This document shows, one piece after another, positions 54,061 to 64,000 of a stretch of DNA of 64,000 bases. The position numbers and the translations under genes are program-made. The first letter of the stretch is position 1; each line of letters starts with the position of its first letter. The stretch is from the IMG/VR virus record IMGVR_UViG_3300020046_010243, positions 12,937 to 76,936 of that record; one strand, written 5' to 3'. The DNA is from a virus (Duplodnaviria; Caudoviricetes). The notes below the pieces were generated by a model that saw nothing but the letters and a program-made list of their open reading frames with translations, did no database searches and had not been told where the DNA came from.

Positions 54061-54423
54061 CTAGGCGATGTCAGTCAGTTCTTGCATGAAGGCTTCGCAG
54101 GTCACGGCCTGGGCAGTGTTCCCGGTCACATCGACCCGCACGTACATCGCGGCCGCGGGAAGCTCGCAGGAGAACTCCCCCACCGCGCTGTTCGTGCTGC
54201 TGTGGGTGAAGGAGGTTAAGAGCTTGAAGTTGCTATTGTCGCCCGAGACATAGACATATGCGGTAGCGGGCACGGTCGGTCCGGTACCGCCATTGGTGAT
54301 CTTGATCGTGATGAGACCACCGAAGGCGGTGGTGACATCGAAGGCGGTACCGGTCGCAGTGCTGCCGGCGCTGTTGCTGGTCGCCGCCGCGATGAAAGTT
54401 CGGAGGTTCTTGCTGGCGCCCAT
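54061..54423 (-). CDS. accessory virion beta-sandwich protein, 120 aa
   Basis: ITNGGTGPT, VSGDNSNF, YVRVDVTGN. Confidence 0.7.
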   Translation of the reverse strand: MGASKNLRTFIAAATSNSAGSTATGTAFDVTTAFGGLITIKITNGGTGPTVPATAYVYVSGDNSNFKLLTSFTHSSTNSAVGEFSCELPAAAMYVRVDVTGNTAQAVTCEAFMQELTDIA

Positions 54424-54431
54424 TGCGACTC

Positions 54432-55016
54432 CTAGATATTGACCACGAAGGTGCTGATCCGATGCGTCCCGTTCGAGGAGTAGGTCTCTTCGACGATCTT
54501 GCTGACCACGCACGCGGCTGCTGCCTGCGAGGTGATATCGATGGCCGAGCCGCCTTGGGTCAGCGCGACCTGGAAATAATCGGGGTCACCTGAGGTCACT
54601 CCGACCACGAAGTAGGTCGTGCCCGCGGTGAGTCCGCCAGGGGCGGTGTCGTTATGGAAGACCACCTTGTCGTTGTTGGCATAGCCGCTACCTTCGACAT
54701 AGATGCGATTGTTGGTCACATCGATCTGAAAGGAGTAGTCGGTACCGCCGTTCGGCTGCATGCCGTAGAAAGTCGAGCCGTCTGCGCTCCATAGCCCGAT
54801 CCACTTGATCGTGACCGTCGCGGTGATGGCGATATCGACCGCGGTCGAGAGCGACTTGGACCGCGACGAAGCAGCACCGAACACCGCATCCATCTTGGTG
54901 CCATGGACATTCGCGCCGGTCGCGCTGTAGTCCGTATGCGCTGCAAGCTTGAGTTGCGGAGACCCGGCAGGGATCGACCGGTCCAACATGTCATTGATGA
55001 AAGCAGTAGTATACAT
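54432..55016 (-). CDS. accessory virion protein, 194 aa
   Basis: Contains PGGLTAGTTYFVV..FQVA.T insert also seen in the 395-aa protein. Confidence 0.7.
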   Translation of the reverse strand: MYTTAFINDMLDRSIPAGSPQLKLAAHTDYSATGANVHGTKMDAVFGAASSRSKSLSTAVDIAITATVTIKWIGLWSADGSTFYGMQPNGGTDYSFQIDVTNNRIYVEGSGYANNDKVVFHNDTAPGGLTAGTTYFVVGVTSGDPDYFQVALTQGGSAIDITSQAAAACVVSKIVEETYSSNGTHRISTFVVNI

Positions 55017-55027
55017 CTTCGGTCTCC

Positions 55028-57766
55028 TTAGACTTCGGGCCAGCGAATGTAATAAATCAGCGCATCCATTTCAGCATCGCTCAAGTTCACCGAGTTCGGC
55101 AAGCCCCAACCCGAGCGCATCAGCGTCGCGAGATCAACATTGCTCAACTGGCGCAGTTGCGCGAAGCCGTTTCCTTCAAGCGTATCTTGGCCATCGATCC
55201 CATGACGGAACCCCCAGTTGCCGATATAGATCCCGCGACCGAGAGAGAACTTGGCATTGTTCTGCATGGGATCGGTCGGCAACTTCAGCGTATAGCGATA
55301 GGCGCCTTCCGATCCGGTGCCCACCAGTACGATGCAGCCGCCCGCGCAAGCAACGAGCGTCGGATAGTTGATGTGGAAGGCTTGGTTCGCCTGCCCTTCG
55401 ACTGCGCCGGGGCGCCAGGTGCCATCCGACTCATCGATGCCGATCTGGCCGCCCCACGAGTAGCCCGTAGCGGTCTTATTGAAGATCCCCGTGCTGCCCC
55501 ATCGCGTCACGAATATCGAGTCGAGCGGTCCGGTGGTCCCATCGGATAGCGCAATCGTCCAATCGCGGGTGTTAGCATCGCCCACCGGCGCCCAGATCGT
55601 GGTGATGGTTTTCGCTGCGAGATCGATATAGCGCAGCGTCCCGCCGCCGCGATCCCACTTGCAAGCGACCACGAGGTTGCCTTTGCTGTCAACCTTGATC
55701 GACTGCGGGTAGTAGAGCGTCGCGGTGCCGAAGGGGCCATCGACGCTCTGCGGCACCGGGGGGATCACGTTGTTCGCGGGCTTGCCGAGGTACTTCGGGT
55801 TCCCGATCGGCGACTTATAGAGAGTCGCGACTTGCATCGTCGTCGGGTCGAGCGTTCGGATAGCCGCGTTCTCGAAATCGGTCAAGTAAAGCATGCGCGA
55901 CGCGGGGTTCTGCGCGACATCCCAGAGAGAATCGAAGAGCGCTTGGTCGGCGGGACCATCCCGGTAGCCCTTCTCGGCGCTGCGGCTGCCGGCGAAGGTG
56001 CGGATGGTCGAGATGCCGCCCGGGCTCAGCAGCGGCGTCATGTCGACCAGGCGCAAGCAGTGGTTGTAGGTGTCCGCGATGTACCAAGTCTTCCGGAAGC
56101 CCGGTCCGTCCGCGACTTCCCATTCCAATCCCCATGGTTCTTGGAAGCGCGCGGGCCCATCGATCCAGATCCCGACGTTCTCGACTTGATCGGGAGAGAT
56201 CGGCGTCGCGTTCAGCGGGCGACGGAAGCCAGCGATCGTCGAGATACGACCATCGATATGGCAGTACCAGAAACGACCCTGCGTGCTGACGCCATGAAAG
56301 GCGCCGGTAGCAGGGTCGACTCGACCCGCCCAGGCATGGCCGAAGGCTCCGACTCCGCGCGGCCCATCATAGAGCGGCATCGCGTTCCACTCCAGATGCC
56401 AGTACTGGTACTGCTGATAGGAGCAGGTGTGGACATGGCCTTGCGGCGTTTGATAGAAGCGGCGCGGCCAGCCGTTCTTCGTAGTCGGTACGATGGGTTG
56501 CGCCCAAAGGTCAGAGGGCGCTATTTTGCCCGCGGTCCGGATCGGCGCCAGTTCGTTGCTCCATGGCGTGCGAGTGCGCCCGGGCATCGGGATCGGATTG
56601 CCCGCGAGGTCGGGCTGCTTCTCGTAGCGAACCTTGAACGGAAGCACCGAGGGCGATGAGACGCCATAGGTGAGATCCTCAACCGTAGCGCAAGCCCAAA
56701 CATCGCGCGCGCCCGCGAGCGGAGTAGATGGATTGTCGACCACTTCGATCAGGACTCCTTCGCACCAGAGCAGCGAGCCTTGACTTTCAGCCCATAGGCA
56801 GTGCGATCCGAGCGCAGTGGTCGAGAGGTCAAGGTTGAGTTGGATCTCGTTATTCGTCGGGATGATCCAATCGGAGACCGGGATGCCATCGAGGATGAAC
56901 CGCGAGGTCGGGATGGTCGCGCGCATCCCGCCCATCTTTTGGCAGCGCAGGATGATCGATGCCGGCGCAGCGCGCGAGAGGATGAAGGGACCCTTCCCGT
57001 TCGCTCCCATCTGGTGGCGGATATACGACTGCGCTTGCGTCCCGGTTGCGGGCGAGTAGAAGTAGAGATAGGGCGAGTTCGCGGCGGGGCGCGGTCCGGG
57101 AGCCGGCTTGCTCACCGGGGTGCCGACCAGCACCGTCACGCCCGCAGAGATATCGGGCACGAAAGGATTCGCAAGAGTGCAACGCAGGTGCAGCGTATGC
57201 GGCCCATAGCTCAGCAGCAGCGGGTCGAAGATGAGCGGGTCGTCGGGGATGCCGTTGGTGATGTTCGTAGCCCAGTGGGGCAGACCATCGACGAGCAGCA
57301 TCGCAGAACCACCGCCGCTATAGCCGCCGAGCGAGAAGACGAGCGACATCGCGCCGCTGACCTTCGCCCCTGGTGCCGGAGAACTGATGACCACCTTGTG
57401 ATGGCCCGGAGTAGGAACGGGGGTAGCGGCATCGACTACGACTGCGAGATCGACCGCCGCATCGGGGAGCGCGGCGCCCTTCGCGACCAAGCGGAAAGTG
57501 TGCGAGGCAGAGACCGGTACGTTCAGTGGTAGCGCGGCCACGACAGCGCCATCCAGAAGAACCGAGGTCGCATCCTTGATAGTCGCATCGATAATCACGC
57601 TACCCCCGGTCGAGGGGAGGCGGTTCGGCGTGACGCTAGCGTTGGTGATCGAAGGCGCAGCGGGCGTCGGGGTCGATCCGGCGATAGCGCGCGCTTCGGC
57701 GAGGGCTTCGGCCGACCGCGCCTGCACTTCAAGCAATTTAGCAATGACGATATTGATATCAGCCAT
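55028..57766 (-). CDS. Ig-like plus NHL beta-propeller protein, 912 aa
   Basis: ISSPAPGAKVSG Ig-like; IADTYNHCLR, AG....GYRDGPADQALF, LTDFENAAIR, DG...TATLYYP.SIKVD.KGNL. Confidence 0.8.
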   Translation of the reverse strand: MADINIVIAKLLEVQARSAEALAEARAIAGSTPTPAAPSITNASVTPNRLPSTGGSVIIDATIKDATSVLLDGAVVAALPLNVPVSASHTFRLVAKGAALPDAAVDLAVVVDAATPVPTPGHHKVVISSPAPGAKVSGAMSLVFSLGGYSGGGSAMLLVDGLPHWATNITNGIPDDPLIFDPLLLSYGPHTLHLRCTLANPFVPDISAGVTVLVGTPVSKPAPGPRPAANSPYLYFYSPATGTQAQSYIRHQMGANGKGPFILSRAAPASIILRCQKMGGMRATIPTSRFILDGIPVSDWIIPTNNEIQLNLDLSTTALGSHCLWAESQGSLLWCEGVLIEVVDNPSTPLAGARDVWACATVEDLTYGVSSPSVLPFKVRYEKQPDLAGNPIPMPGRTRTPWSNELAPIRTAGKIAPSDLWAQPIVPTTKNGWPRRFYQTPQGHVHTCSYQQYQYWHLEWNAMPLYDGPRGVGAFGHAWAGRVDPATGAFHGVSTQGRFWYCHIDGRISTIAGFRRPLNATPISPDQVENVGIWIDGPARFQEPWGLEWEVADGPGFRKTWYIADTYNHCLRLVDMTPLLSPGGISTIRTFAGSRSAEKGYRDGPADQALFDSLWDVAQNPASRMLYLTDFENAAIRTLDPTTMQVATLYKSPIGNPKYLGKPANNVIPPVPQSVDGPFGTATLYYPQSIKVDSKGNLVVACKWDRGGGTLRYIDLAAKTITTIWAPVGDANTRDWTIALSDGTTGPLDSIFVTRWGSTGIFNKTATGYSWGGQIGIDESDGTWRPGAVEGQANQAFHINYPTLVACAGGCIVLVGTGSEGAYRYTLKLPTDPMQNNAKFSLGRGIYIGNWGFRHGIDGQDTLEGNGFAQLRQLSNVDLATLMRSGWGLPNSVNLSDAEMDALIYYIRWPEV

Positions 57767-57774
57767 GATGACCT

Positions 57775-58134
57775 CTATGGAATCGGGGTAGCGATTACTT
57801 CGCTGGTGAACCCTTGGTCATCTCGAAAGAACTGGAACTTCCATCCCTTCGGTTTTGCAATGGGGCCTACCTCGCCTCGAGGACCGGGATCCCCGCGGTC
57901 GCCCTTGGGGCCGGGGATGCCCGGCTTACCCGGGTCGCCAGGGTCGCCCTTGGGCCCTCGCTCGCCCGGGTCGCCCTTCGTCCCGGGATCGCCCTTGGGT
58001 CCTTGCTCTCCAGGGTCGCCCTTCGTCCCAGGATCGCCCTTGGGACCCGGGTCGCCTTTCTCGACGCGCCGGTTCTCGGCCCAAGGAGTACCGGGCAACC
58101 AAGGGACCCGAGGCGAATCAGGCGGCAAGCGCAT
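57775..58134 (-). CDS. collagen-like small virion protein
   Basis: About 22 Gly-X-Y triplets; [12 protein letters not shown]-terminus; overlaps portal stop. Confidence 0.75.
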   Translation of the reverse strand: MRLPPDSPRVPWLPGTPWAENRRVEKGDPGPKGDPGTKGDPGEQGPKGDPGTKGDPGERGPKGDPGDPGKPGIPGPKGDRGDPGPRGEVGPIAKPKGWKFQFFRDDQGFTSEVIATPIP

Positions 58135-59536
58135 CCTCTTGGAACATGCGGATCAACTTCTCCGCAAGTTCAGCGGCGCCTTCCTCAGCGCTTCGCTGCG
58201 CGCGCGGGGGGGCGGGCGGGGGCGCGCGCGGGGGGGCGGGGGCGCTTGCGGGCGCAGGCGCGGGGGCGGGCGCAGGCGGAGGCTTGCCGAGCGGGTTCTC
58301 CTTGTCGCGATCGGCGAGCGCGGCGAGCGAGAAGTTCTGCTGCTGGAGGTATGGAGTGTCGCCGCCCTTGACCGGTTCGAGATTGTCCTCGGCGCGCGCC
58401 TCGTTGGGCGAGAAGTAGCCCGCCGCAATCTTCTTGCTGTTGACCTCAGCCCGCCCGAGCGGATCCATTCGCATCAGTCCGCGTTCGATGTCGAAGCGCA
58501 CATCGTACTCATCGCTCATGCCCAAGCCTTCCTTCAGGCAGAGTTCGATGCATTCGATCGGCGACTGTAGCGTCTGCGAATAGTAGTCCTGGTTCTGGGC
58601 GCCGACATTGCTGAACGTCACGTTCCCGCTCGAGGAAATCTTGTGGAGCGGAACTCGGAAGCAGCGCGCCACGTCCTCGACCGTCCAACGTAGCTGTTCG
58701 ATCAACTGCGCGTCCGAAGCCGGGATCGTGATCGCTTCATACTTCAGGCCATCACCACCGACGAACATGCGACCCAGGTTGCCGGCCGAGAAGTTCTTCT
58801 CGAACTCTTCCTTCAGGCGCTGCGCGGTCTCTTGCTTCACCGTGTTGGGCGAATACAACTGACCGGACGGGCGTGACATGTTCTCGAAAAACTTCGCGCT
58901 GTTGTTCTGGATCCGGATGCCCTGCGTCGCGCTCGACCCGCAAGCGAAGATCGGGGAGACGCCGCAGAGCGGATGGAAGAGGGTCATCCCTCGGTCGTGA
59001 ATGACCTCGGATGCCGGCAGAGTCATCAGTCCATTCACCGCGGAGAGCTTGTCGTCGTTGATCTGATACCAGACCGAACCATCCTCGGCGATGAGCGGCA
59101 CGACGCGACGCGAGTCGAGCACGTACATGTTCACGACCATCTTGCGGGTCGGTTCGCGCTCGAGGAAGATGTAGGCGTTGCCGTACAGCAACTTCATGAT
59201 GACCCAGTAGAGGAAGAACTGGATCCGGGTCTGGTAGGCGTTCGGTTTCTTGATCGGCTTCCAGAATGGGGACTGGTTGCTCGCAGGAGTCCAGATGCCC
59301 GGCTTCGATTCGATGACCACTTCCGGCCGAAGCTTGCTGATGTCTTCGGCGATGATAGAGATGCAGGCATACACGGCGCTGAAGGCGAGGAGATTCTCCT
59401 TGCGATCGGCTACGATGTTGCGCTGCCATGCGCCGGGGAAGGACTCCAGGATCCCGCCCAGCCAGCCCCAGCCCGACGACCGAGCGACCGACATTTCTTT
59501 CGCTACCCGGCTGACCTCGAACCCTAGGAGCTTCAT
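58118..59536 (-). CDS. HK97-family portal protein
   Basis: [50 protein letters not shown]. Confidence 0.96.
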   Translation of the reverse strand: MKLLGFEVSRVAKEMSVARSSGWGWLGGILESFPGAWQRNIVADRKENLLAFSAVYACISIIAEDISKLRPEVVIESKPGIWTPASNQSPFWKPIKKPNAYQTRIQFFLYWVIMKLLYGNAYIFLEREPTRKMVVNMYVLDSRRVVPLIAEDGSVWYQINDDKLSAVNGLMTLPASEVIHDRGMTLFHPLCGVSPIFACGSSATQGIRIQNNSAKFFENMSRPSGQLYSPNTVKQETAQRLKEEFEKNFSAGNLGRMFVGGDGLKYEAITIPASDAQLIEQLRWTVEDVARCFRVPLHKISSSGNVTFSNVGAQNQDYYSQTLQSPIECIELCLKEGLGMSDEYDVRFDIERGLMRMDPLGRAEVNSKKIAAGYFSPNEARAEDNLEPVKGGDTPYLQQQNFSLAALADRDKENPLGKPPPAPAPAPAPASAPAPPRAPPPAPPRAQRSAEEGAAELAEKLIRMFQEDALAA

Positions 59537-59561
59537 TTGCGAATACCTCGCGACCTCTGAG

Positions 59562-59594
59562 AAAAGCCCCCGCGCGAGCGACTGCGCGGGGGCT
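59562..59594 (-). terminator. rho-independent terminator after capsid gene
   Basis: Minus strand agcccccgcgc-8nt-gcgcgggggct followed by tttc. Confidence 0.75.
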
Positions 59595-59623
59595 GCTCTT
59601 GCTAGCTCATCGACTGCCCGCGG

Positions 59624-61627
59624 TTACAGGTGCAGGTTGTCGATGTAGGTCACGGCGGCGGTGCGGCGACGCTGCCAGTTGATGACGCGCTCGAGGCGGA
59701 TGCCGATCAGGTTGTTCTGCCAGAGCGACTTGAGCGACGTGGCACCGCCCGAGGGCGCATCGTTCATTTCGATGGACGCCTGATCCGACGCATCGATCTC
59801 CATCCCGCCTTCGTCCGAGAGGAAGATTTCGGGCTGCGCGAAGAGCGCCAGGATGGAGCCCGCCGAGACCGAATGCGGCACGGCGTTCGAAGTGACGAGC
59901 GGGATGCCGTAGAGCGTTCCGCCCATCATGGTGACGCCCGGGAAGGCGTAGTTGCCGTCGGCAGTGCGCAGCATGCCGATCTTCATCGCGGTGTACGGGT
60001 CGGTGACCCAGACGGCGCGGGTGAAGTCGATCTCGCCCGCGATCAGGACCGACATGGCCGCTGCCGCATCGACCTCGAACGTCGCGAGCGTGGTGCCCGT
60101 CGCCTGATTCTGCGAGGTCAGCCCGTTCGTGATCGAAGCCGGCGAGACGTTCGCGGAAGCAGCGACGCCCGGATCGATGAACTGTTGGTCCAGGAACTGA
60201 ACCATCGCATCCATCATGTCCTGGCGCACCAGTTCCTCGGCGCTCGGCGACGAGAACATCGCCAACTCCTTGGTGATGACCACGATGCCCGCCGCCTTGG
60301 CGAAGCCCAGCGTGTTGGTCGACAGCTGGAGCTTGCTGACCTTCTTCGGCGCGTCCTGCCCGACCCAACCCATCGAGGAGCCCGACGACTGCGACGGGAA
60401 CCGGATGTTGAAGGGCACGCGGCGCAGACCGGTGAGCTTGCCGATGATCGTCTGCGGCCGGAGCAGCGCGACGAACTCGCTCGCCATGTTGTCGTACTGC
60501 ACGAGCGGCGAGGCCCAGTTGGTATCGGTGGTGTTGCCGGCCGCGACCGCCGCCTTCTGCTGCATGAAGTCGAGCACGAGACCCTGGGTGCCGCCGCGCT
60601 GGTTCGCGTAGTTCAGAACCTGCACGACTTCGGGGGTCGAGTCCTTCCACTTCTTGGCGATCTCCGCGGCTTGCTGCACCGACCCCTTGGCGAGCGCGAG
60701 CGCGCAGGCCATGCGGGTGAAGTTGGTGCCCTTCGGCAGCGTCGTCTTGATCTGCCCGTCGCCGAAGCGCACGTTCGCGGCGCCCTGCGAGTTGCCGCGC
60801 TGACCACGCGCCTCGAGCGAGCCGTCTTCCGTGTTGCCGGCGGTCTCGGTGACCGGGGTCATCGTCGTCGCCAGCATCTTCTCGCGCGAGCGCAGGCGCG
60901 CCAGGTGCTCGTCGATCTCCGCGACTTCGACTTCCATCGCATCGTATTCCTTCTTCTGGTCGGGCGTGAACGTCGCGCCCTCGCTGTCCTTCAGGATCGC
61001 GTCCAGGCGCGCGACATTCGCCGCGCGCTTCGCCTCGAAGGCGGCCATCTGTTCCTTCAACGTCATGATGCTTGCTCCTTTTGGAGTAGTGGTCTTCCCC
61101 GAGGCACCGGGAGGGGGAAGCATCACGCGGGGTCGCCCTGCGCTTGCGCCGGACACGGCACGCAGGAACTCAGCGTCGATGCTCTTGATGGTCTGGATAC
61201 TGGCTTCCGCATTCGCAGGAATGGTGACCGCGCTCAACTCGAGCCAGTCCCACTTGAGGAACCGCTGTCCCCACGAACCCGCAATGTCTGCTGACTCGAC
61301 CGGCGCGAAGCCAATCGATAGGCCCCCGACGAGGCCCGATTTGATGAGCGCCCAGGCGCGGTCGATCTCGGGCAGGATACCGCGCATGATCTTCGCGCGA
61401 ATCCAGATGCCCGCCTCGGTGACCTTCGCTTCGATCACCTGACCGATGGGCTCGCCCGAGCGATGCTGCCAGAGCAGCGGGATCGGGAGCTTGAACTGGG
61501 CACCCATGGGCTCGACAATGTCGCCCATGCGGTCGGTGGTTGGCGTAGTCGCCAGCCCTTCGATGATGCCCTGCTCTTCGTCGACCGCCTTCAACGTGAG
61601 CAGGCAGTAAGCTCGCTTCATTGTCAT
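59624..61627 (-). CDS. prohead protease - scaffold - major capsid fusion (HK97 fold)
   Basis: DRMGDIV, LLWQH, GLSIGF, ELSAVTIPAN protease; coiled coil; LRPQT, PFNIRFP, WVGQ, WQNNLIGIRLE capsid. Confidence 0.95.
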   Translation of the reverse strand: MTMKRAYCLLTLKAVDEEQGIIEGLATTPTTDRMGDIVEPMGAQFKLPIPLLWQHRSGEPIGQVIEAKVTEAGIWIRAKIMRGILPEIDRAWALIKSGLVGGLSIGFAPVESADIAGSWGQRFLKWDWLELSAVTIPANAEASIQTIKSIDAEFLRAVSGASAGRPRVMLPPPGASGKTTTPKGASIMTLKEQMAAFEAKRAANVARLDAILKDSEGATFTPDQKKEYDAMEVEVAEIDEHLARLRSREKMLATTMTPVTETAGNTEDGSLEARGQRGNSQGAANVRFGDGQIKTTLPKGTNFTRMACALALAKGSVQQAAEIAKKWKDSTPEVVQVLNYANQRGGTQGLVLDFMQQKAAVAAGNTTDTNWASPLVQYDNMASEFVALLRPQTIIGKLTGLRRVPFNIRFPSQSSGSSMGWVGQDAPKKVSKLQLSTNTLGFAKAAGIVVITKELAMFSSPSAEELVRQDMMDAMVQFLDQQFIDPGVAASANVSPASITNGLTSQNQATGTTLATFEVDAAAAMSVLIAGEIDFTRAVWVTDPYTAMKIGMLRTADGNYAFPGVTMMGGTLYGIPLVTSNAVPHSVSAGSILALFAQPEIFLSDEGGMEIDASDQASIEMNDAPSGGATSLKSLWQNNLIGIRLERVINWQRRRTAAVTYIDNLHL

Positions 61628-61636
61628 GACGACCTC

Positions 61637-63424
61637 TTACAGGAAATGGAAACTCGGGTCCCGCTCGGCCGCACCGCACGCGCGACCCATAGCCATGAAT
61701 GCTGCAATCGCCCCGTCGATCTTCTGGTGCTTCTTCTGCTTCGTCGGCGCGACCATGCCTTTTCGGGCGGGGCGCGCTACGCAATTGCTGAAGCACCAAG
61801 TCGTGATCGGGTTGCCGTCATGGTGAAAACGACCATCCTTGAGCGCTGCAAGTAATTCGTCAACCGGCACTGTGAAGTTCGCGGGGGTCTGAGTGAACTC
61901 CACGACTTCGATGTTCGCATTCATGAGGTCGTTCGCCATCTGCGTGGCGATATGTGGGTCGTATACAACCTCGGTTGGGTTGATTCTAGCGCAAGTTTCT
62001 TTTACGTGCTCCGTGATTTCGTTGAAGTCAATTGTCGCGCCGTCGGTCTGGATGAGGTGGCCTGTCTTGACCCACTTGCGATAGTGCGCCTGGTTGGGAC
62101 CCTCTTCCTCGACAGCCTCTTCCGGCAGCCAATAGTCACCGAACAGATAGAAGTGGGGCTGTTCTTGGTTGGGGAACATCTTCTTGTAGAGGCGCTGTTC
62201 GGTGACAAGGTCGAGCTTCGATGCAAGGTCAACCGAGACCCAACACTCGGCGCCCTTGAGTTCGTCTTCCTCGAGCAGCGCGTCGCCCGCGAGCGCCCAC
62301 TGCTGCATGTTGATGATGCCCGCCATCACCGAGCACCAGACGTTCAGGTGCTTGGTCTTGAACTTGGTCTGCTGGATCGGGTTCGCCATCGCTTGGCGCT
62401 GCTGCGACTGCAGGAACTCGCCGTCGACCGAGACCCCATAGTTCGGGTTCGCTTTGATGAGGATGCGCGGGTCGGCCCAGTCATCCTTCTCGTCGATGCC
62501 GAAGATGACGCCGAAGACCTCGGGATTGTCGAGCGTGCCGTCGAGAATCTTGACGACATCGCTATGCGTCTCGTGGCAGGGGCCGGCGATGTTATAGCCT
62601 GCTGTCGTGATGATGAGGATAAGGGGCTGCTCGCGCGCGCCCATCCCCGTCTCCATCGTGTCATGCAGCGCGGGCGTGTCGTGCTCGTGGTACTCGTCGA
62701 TGATCGCGCAGGATGGCGAGGACCCATCCCCAGGGTTTCCGATCAACGGCTCGAACTTGCTGCCATCATGCGGCTTGAGGACGATCTTCGCCCAGACCTC
62801 GACGCCGAAGTGATCGATCAACTTCTGCGTCTTCATAGCCATCATGCGCGCAGGGCGGAAGACTTCCCATGCTTGCTTCTCGGTCGTCGCGCCGGAGTAG
62901 ACCTCGGCACCATACTCCCCATCATGCAGGAGCATATAGAGGCCGATCGCTGCCGCGAGGATCGACTTCCCATTCTTGCGGGGTATCTCCCAGTACGCCT
63001 TGCGGAAGCGGCGCTTGCCATTCGACTTGCGCAACCATGCGAACAGACCGACGACCAGGAATATCTGCCAAGGCTGGAGGACGATCAGTTCGGCCTTCGC
63101 GGCCCAGCGCCCCTTCACATGGGGCAAAGTCTCTATGAACCGACAGACTTTAGCGCCCGCTTCGCTCTCGAAGTAGTAGGGGTAGCTCGAATCGCTTTCC
63201 GCTCGGCTAAGATCGTCTAGGTGTCGTCTCGCCGCCTGTCTTACGCGCGGACCCGCGGGCACATTCAGCGAGAGTACATCCTCAGCGTACCGCTTCGCGA
63301 CCGCGGCATAGTCGCAGCGGTCGACCCATTTCTTTTTTGTCGGGGTTGAAGCGGAGGCGGCTGTCGTGCTGCGCTTTTTAGCGCCGGGTTTTTTCGACTT
63401 AGCCGTAGGGGTTCGGAGGCTCAT
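61637..63424 (-). CDS. terL: terminase large subunit
   Basis: LQPWQ, EIPRKNGKS, IIDEYH, ITTAG, VDLASKLD, YDP, KIDG; start 63424 or 63445. Confidence 0.97.
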   Translation of the reverse strand: MSLRTPTAKSKKPGAKKRSTTAASASTPTKKKWVDRCDYAAVAKRYAEDVLSLNVPAGPRVRQAARRHLDDLSRAESDSSYPYYFESEAGAKVCRFIETLPHVKGRWAAKAELIVLQPWQIFLVVGLFAWLRKSNGKRRFRKAYWEIPRKNGKSILAAAIGLYMLLHDGEYGAEVYSGATTEKQAWEVFRPARMMAMKTQKLIDHFGVEVWAKIVLKPHDGSKFEPLIGNPGDGSSPSCAIIDEYHEHDTPALHDTMETGMGAREQPLILIITTAGYNIAGPCHETHSDVVKILDGTLDNPEVFGVIFGIDEKDDWADPRILIKANPNYGVSVDGEFLQSQQRQAMANPIQQTKFKTKHLNVWCSVMAGIINMQQWALAGDALLEEDELKGAECWVSVDLASKLDLVTEQRLYKKMFPNQEQPHFYLFGDYWLPEEAVEEEGPNQAHYRKWVKTGHLIQTDGATIDFNEITEHVKETCARINPTEVVYDPHIATQMANDLMNANIEVVEFTQTPANFTVPVDELLAALKDGRFHHDGNPITTWCFSNCVARPARKGMVAPTKQKKHQKIDGAIAAFMAMGRACGAAERDPSFHFL

Positions 63425-63836
63425 CGGGGAAGGCGACGCGCACATGCGAGCGATGTGCGGGCGTCATGCCGAGAAGAGCGAGGCAACGTTCGATGCGCTG
63501 GATCTGGTTCGCGGGCATCACCCACCGCGTCTTGCGCGCGACCACGAGGAGCGAGGAAAGGCACTCGACAATAATGCGGTCGTTCTTGGTGAGTACTCCC
63601 TTGCACGCAAGGTCTACCACTTCATTCCATGCGGCTAACTCTTCCTTACTGAAGTCTTTCGGGGGAGGACCCAGGGGCTCCAGTTTTTGCAGGTTGCCGT
63701 CCGGAGACTGGCCGCGTTTCGCTCGCTGCTCGGAGCGCTTTCCGCTGCCGCGCATTTCCAGGATGTTGGAAGGAGTCCGCGCCCGCACGCGAGTAGGCGG
63801 AGGAATCGAGTCGGCGTATTCGGGGGAGGCACTCAT
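63399..63836 (-). CDS. terS: terminase small subunit (P27-like)
   Basis: PP..F.KEE..AWNEV, GVLTKND, LLGMTPAHRSHV; start uncertain. Confidence 0.88.
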   Translation of the reverse strand: MSASPEYADSIPPPTRVRARTPSNILEMRGSGKRSEQRAKRGQSPDGNLQKLEPLGPPPKDFSKEELAAWNEVVDLACKGVLTKNDRIIVECLSSLLVVARKTRWVMPANQIQRIERCLALLGMTPAHRSHVRVAFPDEPPNPYG

Positions 63837-63910
63837 TTGTGGGGCATAAACGGGGATTTTTTCGGGCAATAGGGAAAAACTATCAGAACCTTAGTCAGGT
63901 TAGTAAAAAA

Positions 63911-64000
63911 ATCCGGGCCGCGGGCAAAATAGCGCCCTCTGACCTTTGGGCGCAACCCATCGTACCGACTACGAAGAACGGCTGGCCGCGCCGCTTCTAT
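63911..64000. repeat. 90-nt inverted copy of 56453-56542
   Basis: Reverse complement matches at 89/90 positions, the mismatch being near the junction. Confidence 0.92.

Noticed and set aside
56453-56542. DGR template/variable repeat pair with 63911-64000
   Set aside because: Only one mismatch, no adenine-specific pattern, no reverse transcriptase
57790-58075. Collagen-coding DNA repeats as a separate mobile or regulatory element
   Set aside because: Fully explained by Gly-X-Y coding in the 119-aa ORF
1-64000. Lysogeny module, tRNA genes, introns or insertion sequences
   Set aside because: No integrase, repressor, cloverleaf, homing nuclease or transposase motifs recognised; absence by eye is not proof, and part of the genome lies outside the window

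Overview
The window is most of a ~64 kb, GC-rich tailed dsDNA phage (siphovirus-type), with no integrase, repressor or tRNA seen. Layout: (1) 1-2.3 kb, a leftward early cassette of tiny genes behind a near-consensus sigma70 promoter, with genes preceded by a repeated two-hairpin module; (2) 2.3-24.9 kb, replication/recombination genes (SF2 helicase, Sak4-like ATPase, DUF669 SSB, YqaJ exonuclease, RuvC-like resolvase, primase-helicase, beta-clamp-like protein, family A polymerase) plus a 7-deazaguanine DNA-modification cluster (queE, queD, folE, two oddly complementary QueC-like genes, an AsnB-like amidotransferase, dpdA); (3) 24.9-63.9 kb, a leftward late operon: HK97-type terminase, protease-capsid fusion, portal, an ~11 kb accessory virion-protein block, a 7-gene glycosyltransferase/methyltransferase island, neck and tail genes with a GTA-like tail tip, and lysis genes. 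Best candidate for an undescribed system: the glycosylation island together with a Gly-Ser-Pro tripeptide that recurs 11 times in 7 neck/tail proteins (and 4 more times in accessory virion proteins), uses all six Ser codons, and is nearly absent from non-structural proteins, suggesting a phage protein O-glycosylation pathway with its own sequon. The last 90 nt are an inverted copy of an internal segment and are probably a chimera artefact. All product calls come from motif recognition by eye; no database searches were run.
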